A DNA stretch of 64,000 nt from Lytechinus pictus (taxonomy: Eukaryota), in assembly GCF_037042905.1 (NCBI RefSeq), contig NC_087256.1, positions 6,138,001 through 6,202,000 on the forward strand, read 5' to 3'. The stretch's first letter is position 1. Every line of letters begins with the position of its first letter. The notes beneath the pieces are model-generated. The model did not search any database. It had not been told where the DNA came from and saw nothing but the letters and a program-made list of their open reading frames with translations. A program made the translations under genes and the position numbers. Shown piece by piece: positions 48,001 to 60,389 of the stretch.

Positions 48001-50169
48001 TTAAATATGTTCCCATTTAGAACAGAAATAATTTCCTGTGTCGCTTTACAGAGTGAAAAAACACAGTTTAACGACAAGAGAGTATCCAAGGTTTCTAAAC
48101 TTCTTACAATTTTTTGTTTCAAATTTCATTTTAATTAATGAAATCCCATTGATCTTTCGAATGTTTAAAGTAAATTTCTTCTCTTTATTTTTTTCAGCCA
48201 ATCAATGATTTAGAATGAAATTGAAGATAGTTTTATCGTTTTTATTTTTTCTTGTGATTCAACACTGTGATATCTTTTCCTCGAAAAAAAATTAGTTTAA
48301 ATTCACATGATTGTAATCATAATCAATAAAAATCATCAATAAAATAGGGTCCTGTCGATAATTATGATTTGTATAAAAGATATCCAATTGTTCAATTAGC
48401 GTAATTGTAAGTCAATGGCAGCCGACTTGAACCAAAATTTACAATGAAGTGAAAGTATTAATTGCATATTTTTATGTTACAGCCTCCACGCAGGTCTAAC
48501 TGAATCAAATACCACTTCAAATAATAGTACCAAGAGCAGTAATGGAGTAGTAGTAATTGCTTGTTATTACTGTTCTGTTATCATGGGAGTTGTCATTCAT
48601 ATCTGTATTTACTTCATTATCATTCTCGTAGCTGACATTATTATCTTCATCGTCGTCGTCATCATCATCATCATCATAATCCATCATCACCATCACAACC
48701 ACCTCCACCACCATAGACACCATCATCACTATCATCACCATCACCACCATCATCTTCATCATCATCATCATCACCACCAACATCACCATCATCATCGCCA
48801 GCACCACTGCCATATTTTGGTATGAATATTTAAATTAAGTATAAATACCAATGCACCTTATCATCTTTTTATATGGTTGAATTGTTGCCATTCAACCATT
48901 CAATATTCAACTTTGCGAGATGGGGAGGCTCGATATAGATAATAGTTATGTTTATTATGGGATATAACAATAACAAATACTTGTAAATTCTTAATGAAAT
49001 ATTCACTTTTATTTCATGTATAGCAAACATGCATTTGAATTATTGTAAGTTGAATGATTTAATTGTAAGTTAGCAATGTAAATATCACTACAAGTGTCTT
49101 TTTGTAACTTAAATTGATTTTTAATACATAGAATTATGAGGTATTGTAATGATCTCCAAAGCATTTTTTGTTTTCATTTATGCCTATGAATAATAATTTT
49201 GTTTTTCATTTTTTAATATTGAACTCGTGATCTATTTGATCTCGGTTTTCTTTCGTTCTTTCTTTTTTGTCTTTCTTTCTGACTTTTTATACACAAAAAA
49301 TATTTTCAGCTCTGTATGGAATTGCCATTTCAAAATGCAATTAAATTTAATGATTTTTTTATTATTTCAATGATGCATCATAGAAATAAGAATCAAAAGT
49401 TATCGGAAACATGAGTTGATTTCTATATGATCATACTTGGCTGAACTGATCTTAGTTAAGCTTATTTTGATCATGTTGATACTATCATTAAAACCAATTA
49501 AAAGATATCTGAATTTCAGAAAATATAACAATCATTGCACTTATCTCCATATGCACATAACCAAGATATCAAAGGCTTACAGTTACAATTAAAATCAAAA
49601 TTCAAATAGTTGTATGCATCAAAAAGTATACTTCATGTTCAGTTTGAAATAAATCTGTATCTTCATTTTGATAAATATTTAAACTTTTTAATTACAGTTG
49701 AAATGGTACAATAGAATTCTGTCACAATTATAAGGAAATATCAAAGGACGCCCAAATATTTCAGTAGACCTATGTAGGCCTGGACCTATGTCCTTTATTT
49801 TGTTTTGTAATTATGTAATAGTTTTCAAAGTTCATCAATATTCTCTGGAAAAATTGATTTCAGCTTACTTCAGAACACAAATTGCAGAACTTGTACGCAG
49901 TTCAGAATGAGGGGATGCTGAAAATCGTCATGACTTTTATCAAACTAGAGTTTGAGAGAAGAAGGGACTTACTTCATAGGTTGTGGGCCGGTGTTGTAGG
50001 CGCTGAGGTGCACTGGGGTTGGGTTCCCCTCGTATCCCGGCAGAGATGTGTGAACTGGTAGCGAATGCGACGGGATCAACGTTCTCTCCCCATGTCCAGC
50101 GGGCGGGCTTCGTGGGCGATACGGTGACGGCTCCAGCGGGCTCGGGGTAGAATAATACAGTTTCTCCAT
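29812..50169 (-). CDS. glass: Glass C2H2 zinc-finger transcription factor, 6 coding exons: 50169-49973, 36854-36643, 32298-32219, 31880-31466, 30801-30593, 30024-29812 (1326 nt, 441 aa, five fingers)
   Basis: The five fingers closely match the Drosophila Glass array as remembered ([10 protein letters not shown], FSQxANLTAH, [18 protein letters not shown], [14 protein letters not shown]). The upstream His/Pro/Ser-rich exons join through GT-AG introns with consistent phases (2,1,0,1,0). Confidence 0.9.
30593..30801 (-). CDS. glass: glass exon 5 (ZF1, ZF2, first half of ZF3)
   Basis: ttctag acceptor, gtaaga donor; [20 protein letters not shown]…FSQ. Confidence 0.96.
30852..31053. mobile_element. 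MITE of the ggttNcatgacaattgctcc family in glass intron 4
   Basis: Reverse-complement similarity to 12105-12850; TIR gacacttgctccggcg…cgccgaagcaagtgtc. Confidence 0.75.
31466..31880 (-). CDS. glass: glass exon 4 (His/Pro/Ser-rich)
   Basis: GC-rich open frame, ttgcag acceptor; the GTAAGT donor at 31465 gives the phase 1 that exon 5 needs. Confidence 0.85.
32219..32298 (-). CDS. glass: glass exon 3 ([27 protein letters not shown])
   Basis: Pyrimidine tract plus cag, ctg|gtaagt donor; phase 1 to 0 bridges exons 2 and 4. Confidence 0.8.
32716..32800 (+). mobile_element. tRNA-derived SINE remnant
   Basis: A-box tggctcagttggtagagc; B-box deleted. Confidence 0.55.
33112..33230 (+). mobile_element. 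tRNA-derived SINE 5' part
   Basis: A-box gtggtcgattggtctaagg, B-box ggttcgatacc, CORE-like gagcaaggcatttaa. Confidence 0.7.
35181..36050 (+). mobile_element. Putative Transib-like terminus and adjacent element body
   Basis: cgacg|CACAGTG start; partner end not found; right boundary approximate. Confidence 0.45.
36065..36568 (-). mobile_element. GC-rich Harbinger-like element end (…cggtgtgaccaggcct|taa)
   Basis: aggcctggtcacac terminus with TAA flank; ccgctc/gagcgg subrepeats. Confidence 0.6.
36643..36854 (-). CDS. glass: glass exon 2 ([10 protein letters not shown]…HHHHHHH…TVLPYS)
   Basis: tactag acceptor in phase 2, cag|gtatat donor in phase 1, His tract. Confidence 0.78.
38490..38660 (-). 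mobile_element. CR1/L2 LINE 3' remnant
   Basis: TLWNNLPQD plus a gagcactctacagag tail like that at about 16601. Confidence 0.65.
39150..40620. promoter_or_regulatory. Candidate intronic cis-regulatory module of glass
   Basis: Repeat-poor, partly GC-elevated block with K50-homeodomain motifs: TAATCC (39822, 40176), TAAGCC (40105), several TAATCT/AGATTA. Confidence 0.3.
41107..41617. other. Assembly gap (N run)
   Basis: N bases. Confidence 1.
43726..43928. mobile_element. hAT-like MITE
   Basis: catggcaatacgcag…ctgcgtacggccttg; degenerate 8-bp flanks tcttccat/tctactat. Confidence 0.55.
47154..47760. mobile_element. T2/Kolobok-like MITE, TTAA TSD
   Basis: ttaa|aggacaagtccaccc…gggtggacttgacct|ttaa. 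Confidence 0.9.
48595..48810. repeat. (CAT/CAC)n microsatellite
   Basis: Trinucleotide tract. Confidence 0.9.
49973..50169 (-). CDS. glass: glass exon 1 ([23 protein letters not shown]…PQPM)
   Basis: aaaATGg start, GC-rich island in AT-rich DNA, gtaagt donor in phase 2 matching exon 2. Confidence 0.75.
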
Positions 50170-50200
50170 TTTTATTTATTCAAAAAGCCACAAGTTTGAA

Positions 50201-50209
50201 GAAACCTGA
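50201..50209 (-). promoter_or_regulatory. MEF3-type Six/Sine oculis binding motif TCAGGTTTC, 32 bp 5' of the glass ATG
   Basis: Exact match to the MEF3 consensus; function untested. Confidence 0.35.
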
Positions 50210-52029
50210 GGTGCTTTGCTGATAAGGAATCCCCTTTTATCGAATTTTGAAGAGAGCGAAGAGAGTGTTGAAAGAAAAAGGGCAGGAGACCTAAAAAACT
50301 GACGAATTTCAGACAGAATCCATAACGAGAATCTTTACCCCAAAATGTGAAAAAATAAACGGCTTTTATCTATTCAAACGAATTATCTCAATGTACGATT
50401 GCTAAATGAATCATATCATTTTCAAAAGTTTCAGCCACTCTCCTTTGCTACAGTCAACTGTTCCGAATGAAAGTTTAAGGATCATTTGAAATCGGTGTCA
50501 AGACTGGAAAAAATCTATTTATTTTTCTCTTCAGAGATTTCAGCTGTCCTGTATTGTCCATCGGTAAAACTATCATCTCTTTCCGTTATTTTTTCGTGCC
50601 CTATCCTTTTGTAAAGTCATCTTTCGAAATCAGAGCCAGCCCCCAATCCGATATACCGTTAGATGTAATTCGGACCCCTGCAAAATGAGGGATTAGATGT
50701 TGTATTGTATACGGAACCCTCAGACCCGTAAATGAACAAGATAGTTATATTCTTTGAGAAGAAAGAATAACTAGAGGCTTATGGCTGGTGGCGTGTCCAA
50801 CTTCCACCAGGCTATTTTAATCCCTGGATTGCGGAGCGCTTCTTTGAGAACAAGAAGTTTGCTTTTCATTCATTGGAGGAAAAGCTTATAGTTTTTCCTC
50901 ACTATTATTTGATGAATCTGAACGCCCATTGAAAGCGGTTTGCAAAGAGGAGAAAGGGAGAGTGAGAGTAAAAAAAAAATACAAGGGATATATTAGGATC
51001 TGTTAGAAAGGGATGGAAAAGTTGAAATAATCTTCTTTTAGAATTTAGAAAGATGTTTTTGAGGAAAGTATAATTCATGTAATTGAAACGAGGTTGTTGA
51101 TGAATTTTGCATGTATCGTGCGTATGGTGAATAACACGATGTTTTTTTTTTTATATTGTGTTTTTAATTCAGAATGTATTAGACAAAATAAATCATGTTG
51201 GCAAGCAATTCTGTCTTCAATTTACCCAATCTTTACATAAAAATACATTACACTAAAACATGAACATAGAATAGTATTCAAATTATGAAAAATCAATTAT
51301 TGATCAAACGAGTGAGTATTTATAGTTTTGGGCTCTTTCAAATGGGAATTCAAGTAAAGTCCCTTTGGCAACCACGGCAACTGCTGCATTTATGAAGATC
51401 ATGGGAAATAATAGATGATGATAATATAATATAAATAGTCAATTTAGGATCATGACATACATGAAGTTAACGAAAAGGAACATCTTTTTTCAAACAATTT
51501 TCAACCTTTACAACATTATCAGATATATATTTTTTTGTTCTAACTGCATGTGACTATGGCTTCAATGAATCCTTCTGTGAGGACTCATCTACCCCACCCT
51601 AATAGGATCCAACGAACCAATTACCAAGTGTAGTGAAAAGGAGACAATTATGCCTAATTATGCGGTGATTATGATTCAAAATCTCAGCAGGCAATGGATT
51701 AGGAGAATGTAAAAAGCGGGAATGGAGAATTTGCTCGAGTTCCGCCTCAACATATGCAATATGGCCAATGTCTCTATAAGACCCAGTTGTGTTTTTTTGT
51801 GAAGTCTGATATTCAATCGTTATCGCAATTATGTATGACACTTTTAATGCGGATCATGGTAAAAACAGATTTATTTTCATAAATCTGATAAATAAAAAAA
51901 GGTTTATCAGTATTCAATAAATTGGAATTTGAGCGTACCATTGTGACAGTATGCATGGGAGGAAACGTCTTCTAAGATAGTTGAAAGATGTTGAAGAGGA
52001 TTGGTATATTGAGATGGAAAAGTATGCTG

Positions 52030-52195
52030 ACGGTGATGGTGAGGATGATGCTGACGATGATGAGATGATGTTCTTTGTGATGATGGTGGTGATGATGGTG
52101 ATGATGGTGATGATGGTGGTGATGATGATGATGGTGGTGATAATGATGATGAGACGATGTTCTTTGTGATGATTGTGATGAAGTTGATGACAATG
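52030..52195. repeat. (GAT/GGT)n microsatellite
   Basis: Trinucleotide tract. Confidence 0.9.
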
Positions 52196-52904
52196 GTTAT
52201 GAAAATGCCGATTCTAGATTATGATGCCGTTGTTGATGCTGTGTTGTTTAAACGTAAAGATTACCGTAAAAGATGTGCTTCATGAAGGCGGTTCGATAGT
52301 CGGCACAAAAAAAGGGGGGGGGGGACAAACAAAATACACATTTGATTGGACCATTGATTGAAAGTGGAGTAAAAACGAAGTTTGTTGTCAGGGGATGTGC
52401 ACTCTAAATTTAGTAAACTTCTACTCCGAATATATCTTTATTTTATGGGAATGAAGAAGACAAAAATTGAATGTGTTCTTTACGTTGATAATGATAACTA
52501 AAATAGATGGAAAATACTGTAGTGATCTTTATGATTATTAAGGGAGCATGTTCTGATTACATTGATAAAATAAATAACTGTAGACATCCTTCCATACATG
52601 CACCCAGCCTAGAGCCTAGTACCATGCACCATGACCACATTATTTCCGCACGGAGCACAGTCCCTTTCCCGAGACGCAGTAAACCATATAAAACCAACAA
52701 TGGATCTGATATTACCATGTTATTGTGTGGCGATTACTGAAGTGTGAGATATTCTCTTCCAAATGTATATACGTTGCTTTCGTTCGGGTCAACCCCGCAC
52801 CGATCCAGGGGTGTGATTTATCATCAATCAAAAAGCGCTTTGTTTTATGATTGCAAACGACTTCACAATGTTTACGAACTGGATGTGTTGGTGTGAAAGA
52901 CCTG

Positions 52905-53062
52905 GGGGGCGTTTCATGAAAGGACTTGTCGGACGTTTTATCCGACAAGTCCCATTTTATCCGACAGTTACCATAGTAACAGTACCTCTCAGCCAATCAA
53001 CATCAGAGAAAGATGTCAGATCTGACAACTTGTCGGACGAAAATGTTGATGAAACGCCCCCC
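52905..53062. mobile_element. PIF/Harbinger-like MITE with CTG TSD; near-identical copy at about 56975-57131
   Basis: ctg|gggggcgtttcatgaa…ttgatgaaacgccccc|ctg. Confidence 0.85.
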
Positions 53063-53595
53063 CTGGACATCACATTGTTTTATCCGACCACGTGATGTGG
53101 CTGTGTGATCTAATGTAGATAGTAAACCATTGATAAAGGAGGTGGTTAGTTACTAACTACAGTAACACTAGCGAACCTGACTCCAGACTCTCAGAAACCT
53201 ATTACGTTGTAGCCAATGATAGTTTATCGATCGGGTTTGTGATCGGTATCGTTGGTATGACTGTTGCATAATGCCAAAATGAAAATAAACTTACAAACGA
53301 TACTGCTCACCAAACTTGACAAATCCTCTCAATAGCCATGAAGTTCCCATTGCCATTTGGGGGTATTTTGGGGGATTTTCAGGTAACCATTTTAGAAGTA
53401 GGTATATAGAAATGGATAGCATTTGAAATATATTTTGTCAAAGAACGCTTTTCCCATTCGCGCTTGGAACTCGAACCCTGGCCCTTATGAGCGTTATAAT
53501 TGATTGAACAACAAGACTCTCTTGTCTTTCCTTCTTTCTTTTCTTTTCTATTTCCGTTTCTTTTTTTTTTGTCATTCTATATTTCTTTCTTTTTT

Positions 53596-53727
53596 NNNNN
53601 NNNNNNNNNNNNNNNNNNNNNNNNNNNNNNNNNNNNNNNNNNNNNNNNNNNNNNNNNNNNNNNNNNNNNNNNNNNNNNNNNNNNNNNNNNNNNNNNNNNN
53701 NNNNNNNNNNNNNNNNNNNNNNNNNNN
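53596..53727. other. Assembly gap (N run)
   Basis: N bases. Confidence 1.
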
Positions 53728-56607
53728 TTTAAACATACATTATCTGTCTGTATGTCTTTCTTTATATCCATCTTTTTTCTTTCTCTCTTCATTTATTTGT
53801 TGTTTTTTCCTCCATCGCTCGATACCCATATCTCCCCCGTCCCCGCCCTCTCTCATCTTGCCTATACATATTCCCACGTTTTCCCCATCAGCCCTCTCTT
53901 ATTATAGACCCCCTCACACTCACTTTACCTTCCCCTGAACGGTCCTTTGGGATTAGATCTTCAAGCATTTCTCACCTACTGTCCAGTAGGCAATATAAAC
54001 CGTGTTCTCTCTTTTTTTTTCTTTAGACACACTTTCGAAACCACAAGCTAATTCATGTCAATAGGACAAGTGCTTGGAAACCGTATGTGTCTGTTTGCTT
54101 AAAATAAATCCTATTTTACCACAATAGATACAAATCCTGTACCGAGCTATCCAAAGCATGCGAAATACATATATCATTATGTACCGTTAGATAATATTAT
54201 ATCCACATAGGCTTAAATCAGCCTTCTTTGGCTATACACATATATGATTTACCCCTAAACCAGGTAAACTCTAAAAAACACTATTTAAACGTGGATATTT
54301 TTAGATTAGCTGTCCTATTAAGTTTCTAATGCTGTTGGTAGGTTAATTAATGTTCATCATTTTACACTGTTTAGTAGCTGTTTACAAGAAGCCCTTCAAA
54401 TTATTAGCATACACAACAGCATCATCGTCCATGTTCGTCCTTTATATATATATATATATCATATATAAATATATATATTGGCACAATAATTAGATTAATC
54501 AATTAATTTGATGAAATAAAAATTTAGTTTAAAAAATACAATTGTAAGTGACCGAAATGGTGGAAATCTGACAGTTCCGTCGTAAAAAAAACACCCGAAT
54601 TAAATGTATATGTTTATTATTTTTTCAAATATTGTGTCGAAATCTAGTACAAATCAGATTTCCATTTCAAAATGGTCAAATAAATTCACTTAATCGCTTC
54701 GCTCTCTTGCAGCTTTGTACAAACTTTGCCTCTTATTCAACATGTTGTAGTGCCCCCTAAAATATATGGTTTATTGCGCCACTGACGCGGACAGGGCCAA
54801 GAGTGGAACTGGTACCTATCATGCCTATATTAAAAGTGGGGAAAATATAATTTTCTATTTATAAGGAGATGTGCATACAGAGGAACTCGCCTGAGAGGAG
54901 GCGACAGGAGCTGTGGAACAGGAAGCGGGGACTGGGGTCTAAAACCGTGTCTTTCCAAAAACGTAAAAGATGACCGTCTCGATTTGATTTTTTTTCGCAT
55001 TGTCCCCCCCCCCCAACCCTTCAAAACTAATTCGCGGCCCCTGGTGTATATGAACTCCTTGGATCTACTCGAATGTAATGCACGAATCTAATTTTGATCG
55101 GCACTTCTGGTAGGATATATTAGTTCAGGGCCCCGTGTTACGGAGAGTTAAGATATATGAAAATCAAACTGGGAGTGCTTTGTGTCGTAATAAATCAATA
55201 AAATGTCATTTTCTAAAAAAAAATGATTGTTTTTCTTTATTTTATATCACATGACTTTTGACGTCACAAGCCAAAGACTTTGAATTTTAATATTTTTCTT
55301 AATCTTTCCTGGATTTTGCCTCAAACCTTCACCAATGTATTTTTATTATTTTTTTCGAAATTTTTACAACAAACTGTTCGTCAGGGTGAGTTTCCTTTTT
55401 AAGACTGGGTCCAGGAAGGTTATTCGAAGCCAGATAACACGATACTTGGCAGTGAAGGCGTGGCAGGGAGTTGAAGATACAAGATATCTCGTTTTCCCCG
55501 TCATCATACAATCGGCTTGATAAAATACGGGATCATGACTTGACTAAAGTGACCAGACGGGGTCAATCTTGTCCTCTCTATATCAAGTTAACGGAAATAC
55601 AAAATCTTGTTTTTTTTCTCGATATGACCTCATCCTCTGGCACTCTAGTCAAGTCGATGTTGTCTTTTTGTCTTATTAGCCTAGCCAGGGTGACTTGACT
55701 CTTGATCGTTTTCGGGTTCTCGGTCGGTCAATAATTATAATGAAATATACTTAGTCCTTTGATATTTCACCTGAATTTGAGTTAACGAGATCCAGTATTT
55801 TTTTCTCGTCATAAGCTGACTTAAAGAAATGTGATATCGTTGCCTTTTCGTCCTCGTTAAGTCGATTTATCGACATATTTTTTTTCTTCTTGTTTCTCGT
55901 CCACCTTATGTCGACATGACCATGTTGACGAGGTCATGTCTTCTCGTTCAGAATTTAGTTTTATTATCTCCTCGTCCTCTCAAAGTTGACTTTCGAGATT
56001 CTGGAACTTGTCTTTTGTTTTAGATTATATTATGGGTTTTTTAGTTAGCGAAGACGACTTGTACGACTTATCTTTTTTCTCTCGTCGTGAAACTTCTCGT
56101 TATGTCGGTGTACTTAAACTTACCGTGTATGACCCACTGTCAGTGGTATGACCCACTCTCCTGCAAATAGACATCCTTGACATCCTTCTTGTCCCGCGCG
56201 CGCTAGAGGGGGCGCACTCTACATTTCTAATGAAACTGACATCAATCGAAATAAAAGCTATTGCTGAAGTTTACAAGTAAGATCTATCTATTATTGGTTA
56301 TGATAATCTTGGCAATAATTGTAAATGTGTGAATCATTCAATGATGATTAATCTGATATATTTCAACAGGTGTTAATATATACGTATGCTTACCTCAATA
56401 AAAGGCAAAGGCATGATTTTTGCTTAAATTTGTAGATTTGATTCACTTCAATTCACTTATTTCACTCGATAAAATAACATACTGTATACAGGTAAATACG
56501 AAATTACATAATGGCAAGATAGAGCGATAATACATAGTTACGAAAATGGCAATACAGTAATTTAATGTACAAAACAGACTTCGAATGTGGACTGACATTA
56601 AATATCA

Positions 56608-57650
56608 GGGGGGTGTTTCACAAAGATTTGAGTATGACTTATACCGTGTTTACACTTAATCGGCTTTTGGCTCAGAACCAAAAGCCGATGCAGATGCCGA
56701 TTTGGCTCAGAACCAAAAGCCGATGCAGAATCGGTTTTTGGTTTATCTTGCACCGCGTTTACACGCTGTTACATCTCGCGGTTCAGAATCGGCTCGGGTG
56801 TCAAAAACCTGAAATGATACGCACACCAACAACATACGCCATAATACAGACAACGCTGGATCCGTGCGCTTACAATTACGTCACAATGAAATGCGTACCA
56901 ATTGCCGATGCAGAATCGGCTTTCTGTACACCGTCGTAGTAAAAAAAGCCGATTCTGCATCGGCTCGCGGTTCTGGGGGCGTTTCATGAAAAGACTTGTC
57001 GGACGTTTTATCCGACAAGTCCCATTTCATCCGACAGTTACCATAGTAACAGTACCTCTCAGCCAATCAACATCAGAGAAAGATGTCAGATCTGACAACT
57101 TGTCGGATGAAAATGTTGATGAAACACTCCCCTGAACCTACTACTTTGGTGGTGCAAAATTGCCGGTTCTGAACCGCGAGCCGGTGCAAGTTAATCGCGT
57201 TTACACGCTATGAAAAAGCCGATGCTGCATCGGCTCGCGGTTCAGAACCAATTAATGGAGAAATCAATGAAGAATCAATGAAGCGGTTCAGAACCGCGAG
57301 CCGATGCTTTGTGCGTGGTATAAAAGCCATGACAGCATTGGTCAGATCATGCAAAGAGGACGCGCACTATTGCGTATTGATCAATTAGTACCGTGTTTAC
57401 ACTTAATCGGCGTTTGCATCGGCTTTTTCATAGCGTGTAAACGCAATTAACTTGCATCGGCTCGCGGTTCAGAACCGGCAATTTGCACCACCAAAGTAGT
57501 AGGTTCTGAACCGCGAGCCGATGCAGAATCGGCTTTTTTACTACGTGTAAACAGAAAGCCGATTCTGCATCGGCAATTGGTGCACATTTCATTTACTTTA
57601 CCATTGTGATGTAATTGTAAGCGCACGGATCCAGCGATGTCTTTATTATA
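56608..57650. mobile_element. Multi-level MITE nest with an inverted duplication (gccgatgcagaatcggc family)
   Basis: 56846-57228 is the reverse complement of about 57416-57645 once the CTG-TSD MITE is removed; taccgtgtttacacttaatcggc occurs at 56642 and 57389. Confidence 0.8.
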
Positions 57651-57896
57651 ACAAGAAAAAACGAATTAAGTCAAGGTCAAACGCCTTTGAGGTCAACAAA
57701 CTTTTGAATTCATGAAATAAATGGATTTTTTCTCTCTTTTCAAATAATCTTTTCAAGGTCATTTCAGACAAAATAACTTATAAGAATTTTTAATTTGTAT
57801 ATTATTTCAAAACTTGTATGAAATATTAATGGATATCAGCATTCTATGAAATGAATAACAAGTTCATAAGTCAATGTCGGAATCTATTTGGCATAC

Positions 57897-58112
57897 CTTT
57901 TACTATTTGTATTACAAAGTCAGCAGCACTGCTCCTGAATCCATAGGGTTCATAATCTCTCATAGCGCTCCACACCCTGCTCAATCCACTGCGGTCATGG
58001 TGGTCATCGTCGAAGCCTTGGTCATCATCGAATTTCACTTGCTCCTATACCAGTGTCTCGAGTCAGCGGGGGAGTCATTGATATCCCCCAGGGCGTGGTC
58101 GACATAGGGGAT
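57897..58112 (-). pseudogene. Possible decayed 216-nt symmetric (phase 1-1) coding exon
   Basis: ttag acceptor, aag|gtatgc donor, coding-like composition, three in-frame stops. Confidence 0.35.
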
Positions 58113-59863
58113 CTAAATTTACAGGCTAATACAATTTTAGAGGCCAAAACCGAGAAGAAAATGATAATTAAGAAATTTCAATTAATGGAGAAATCAATGA
58201 AAAAGTTATTTTGGGTTAGCTTTAATCAGCACCATACCAGCGCCAGGCCCGCGTGGCAGAGTTTTTTTTAATGGTGATCGTAAAAGTAGCTCGGCTCTGC
58301 TATAGTTTTCTGAACGCATTTTTTATTGTGTGGTGCGGACTATTTTAGCGCGAGCCTGCAGGTTCGGACCAAAATTTAAAAATCATGAGTTACTGAAAAC
58401 GGTATTAGACCAGTCGGCCGGCGCCACGAAACCTCCAAATCATTTTGGAAGTGCGCCCTCTTCAAACATTATAAGGGTAGATGAATCAGATAATCTGGAC
58501 AAAAGGTAAACAAACCTTAACTGGTTGTCTCGAATCCCTTATTAATGTTAAATTTCAGGATTTTATAAGGGGCTTAGACTTTGAACCCAAATTTATTTGT
58601 TTCATATATTTCATCGTTTTATGAATGTATGTTTTTCGTTATTTTGGAACATATTCTGGAACTATTTTGCGCAAGACATTAAAATGCAAAGTTGGAAAGC
58701 GACAGAGGTAGAGTTGGAAAGCGACAGGGGTAGTCGTGAAATTCGTCGAAGGGTTAATAAATATGAGGGTTAATGTGTGTGTGTGTTTTTTAATGTAATG
58801 CCACAATAGGACTTGACCTCATGGTTGTCCTGAGACTTTGATCCTCAGGGCCTAGTGCAGGTCTTCTAAAACTTAAGGGACATCAATATATTCTTAATTT
58901 CAGGGCACTTTCAAGATTAGATTAATCGGGCTGTCCCCATTCCCTATCTTTTTGTCAATCATTTGGGTTTTGGGGACAAATAATTTTTTAAACCAAGATG
59001 CTTATGTTACTAGCATGGTGCTCACTCACTTCTACTGTATGAAATTTCAATTTACTTCACCGTGGCACCTTGCGCTTAGTGATACAAAGAATGTTTCAAA
59101 CGATTTCGAGCTGCTGAACGAGATTATTGTTTATGGTTCAAGGTTCATTAAATGTAATAATAGGCAATTTAGTGATGATGAATGTCGAGGATAGAATAAT
59201 AATTGATAAATATTAATTAATTTACTTATTTAGAATTTCTTCATATACCTATGCACAATAAAATATCAACGATATGCATAAACTGAATTTATCTAAGGAC
59301 ATTAAACACGTGAATCAAAAAAAATATTTTACTTTCCAGAAACCTGCTCCAGGTCAGTCGACTTATTCCATTTAGTTTTGATTTACACGTACGCATTCTT
59401 TGTCTGGAAAACAGATCTATTTAAATGATTTATCTTACCTATACACAGTCCACTCGTTGCTTTATCTTGCAAGCTGAAAATTTACACTGCAGGCGTCTAA
59501 CGCTTGATAAATTGAAATAAAAATTGAAGGGTTTTGCCAACACCAATATAATATCTGTCGGTTTTCTTTCTTGTCATAATTTTGTTTACACTCAAGTAGC
59601 CCCCGGCCTCGGACGACTACATGGATTGCGAATCAGTCGTTCGAGCATAGCTCCATGGTTCGAGCTAGCTTCCACTCAAAGCCCTTATTCATGTTCTACA
59701 TTCCTCGTGTGCATGTTTATCTAAAAGCATTATATTTACGTGCACTGTCTCTATTATTGCGAGGGAGAAATCAAATTTCCCGCCATTGTGCGCTCGTGTC
59801 GCCTCAGTGCGCATTACGTAATCGCCAAGTTCAGCGCCAGACAAGAGCACCGCTAATCTGTTT

Positions 59864-60389
59864 ACAAGTCCACCCCAACAAGCATAACACTGAAAATTTC
59901 ATCAAAATCGGATGAAAAATAAGAAAGTTATGACATTTTTAATTTTTGCTTAATTTCACAAAACAATTATATGCACATCCCGGTGTGTATGCAAATGAGA
60001 AGACTGATGACGTCATCCATGCACTCACTTTTCCTTTTCTATTTTAGTATATGAAATAGGGAATATTCTATTGATTCCTCCCTAAACATGTGGAATGAGC
60101 AATGTTTAATACTATATGATTAAGTCAAATTGGTCCTTATTGTCAAATCTATAAAAATGAAATATTGTATAATTAAAACAATAAGAAACAAAAGAAATAG
60201 TGAGTGATGGACATCATCGACTGTCTCACTTGAGTTGTGCATATCGCTGTTTTGTGAAAAATAAGTAAAACTTTGAAATGTCATAACTTTCTTATTTTAC
60301 ATCCGATTTCGATGAAATTTCCAGTGTTATGTTTGTTAGATTTTTCTCTATTTATTCAAATCAACACTTTTCTAGGGTGGACTTGACCT
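59864..60389. mobile_element. T2/Kolobok-like MITE, same family as 47154-47760, left tip missing
   Basis: acaagtccacccc…gggtggacttgacct|ttaa. Confidence 0.85.

Noticed and set aside
48517-52193. Poly-His, poly-Met/Val and poly-Asp ORFs at 48517-48825 and 51972-52193
   Set aside because: They are trinucleotide microsatellites and are not needed in the phase-consistent glass model.
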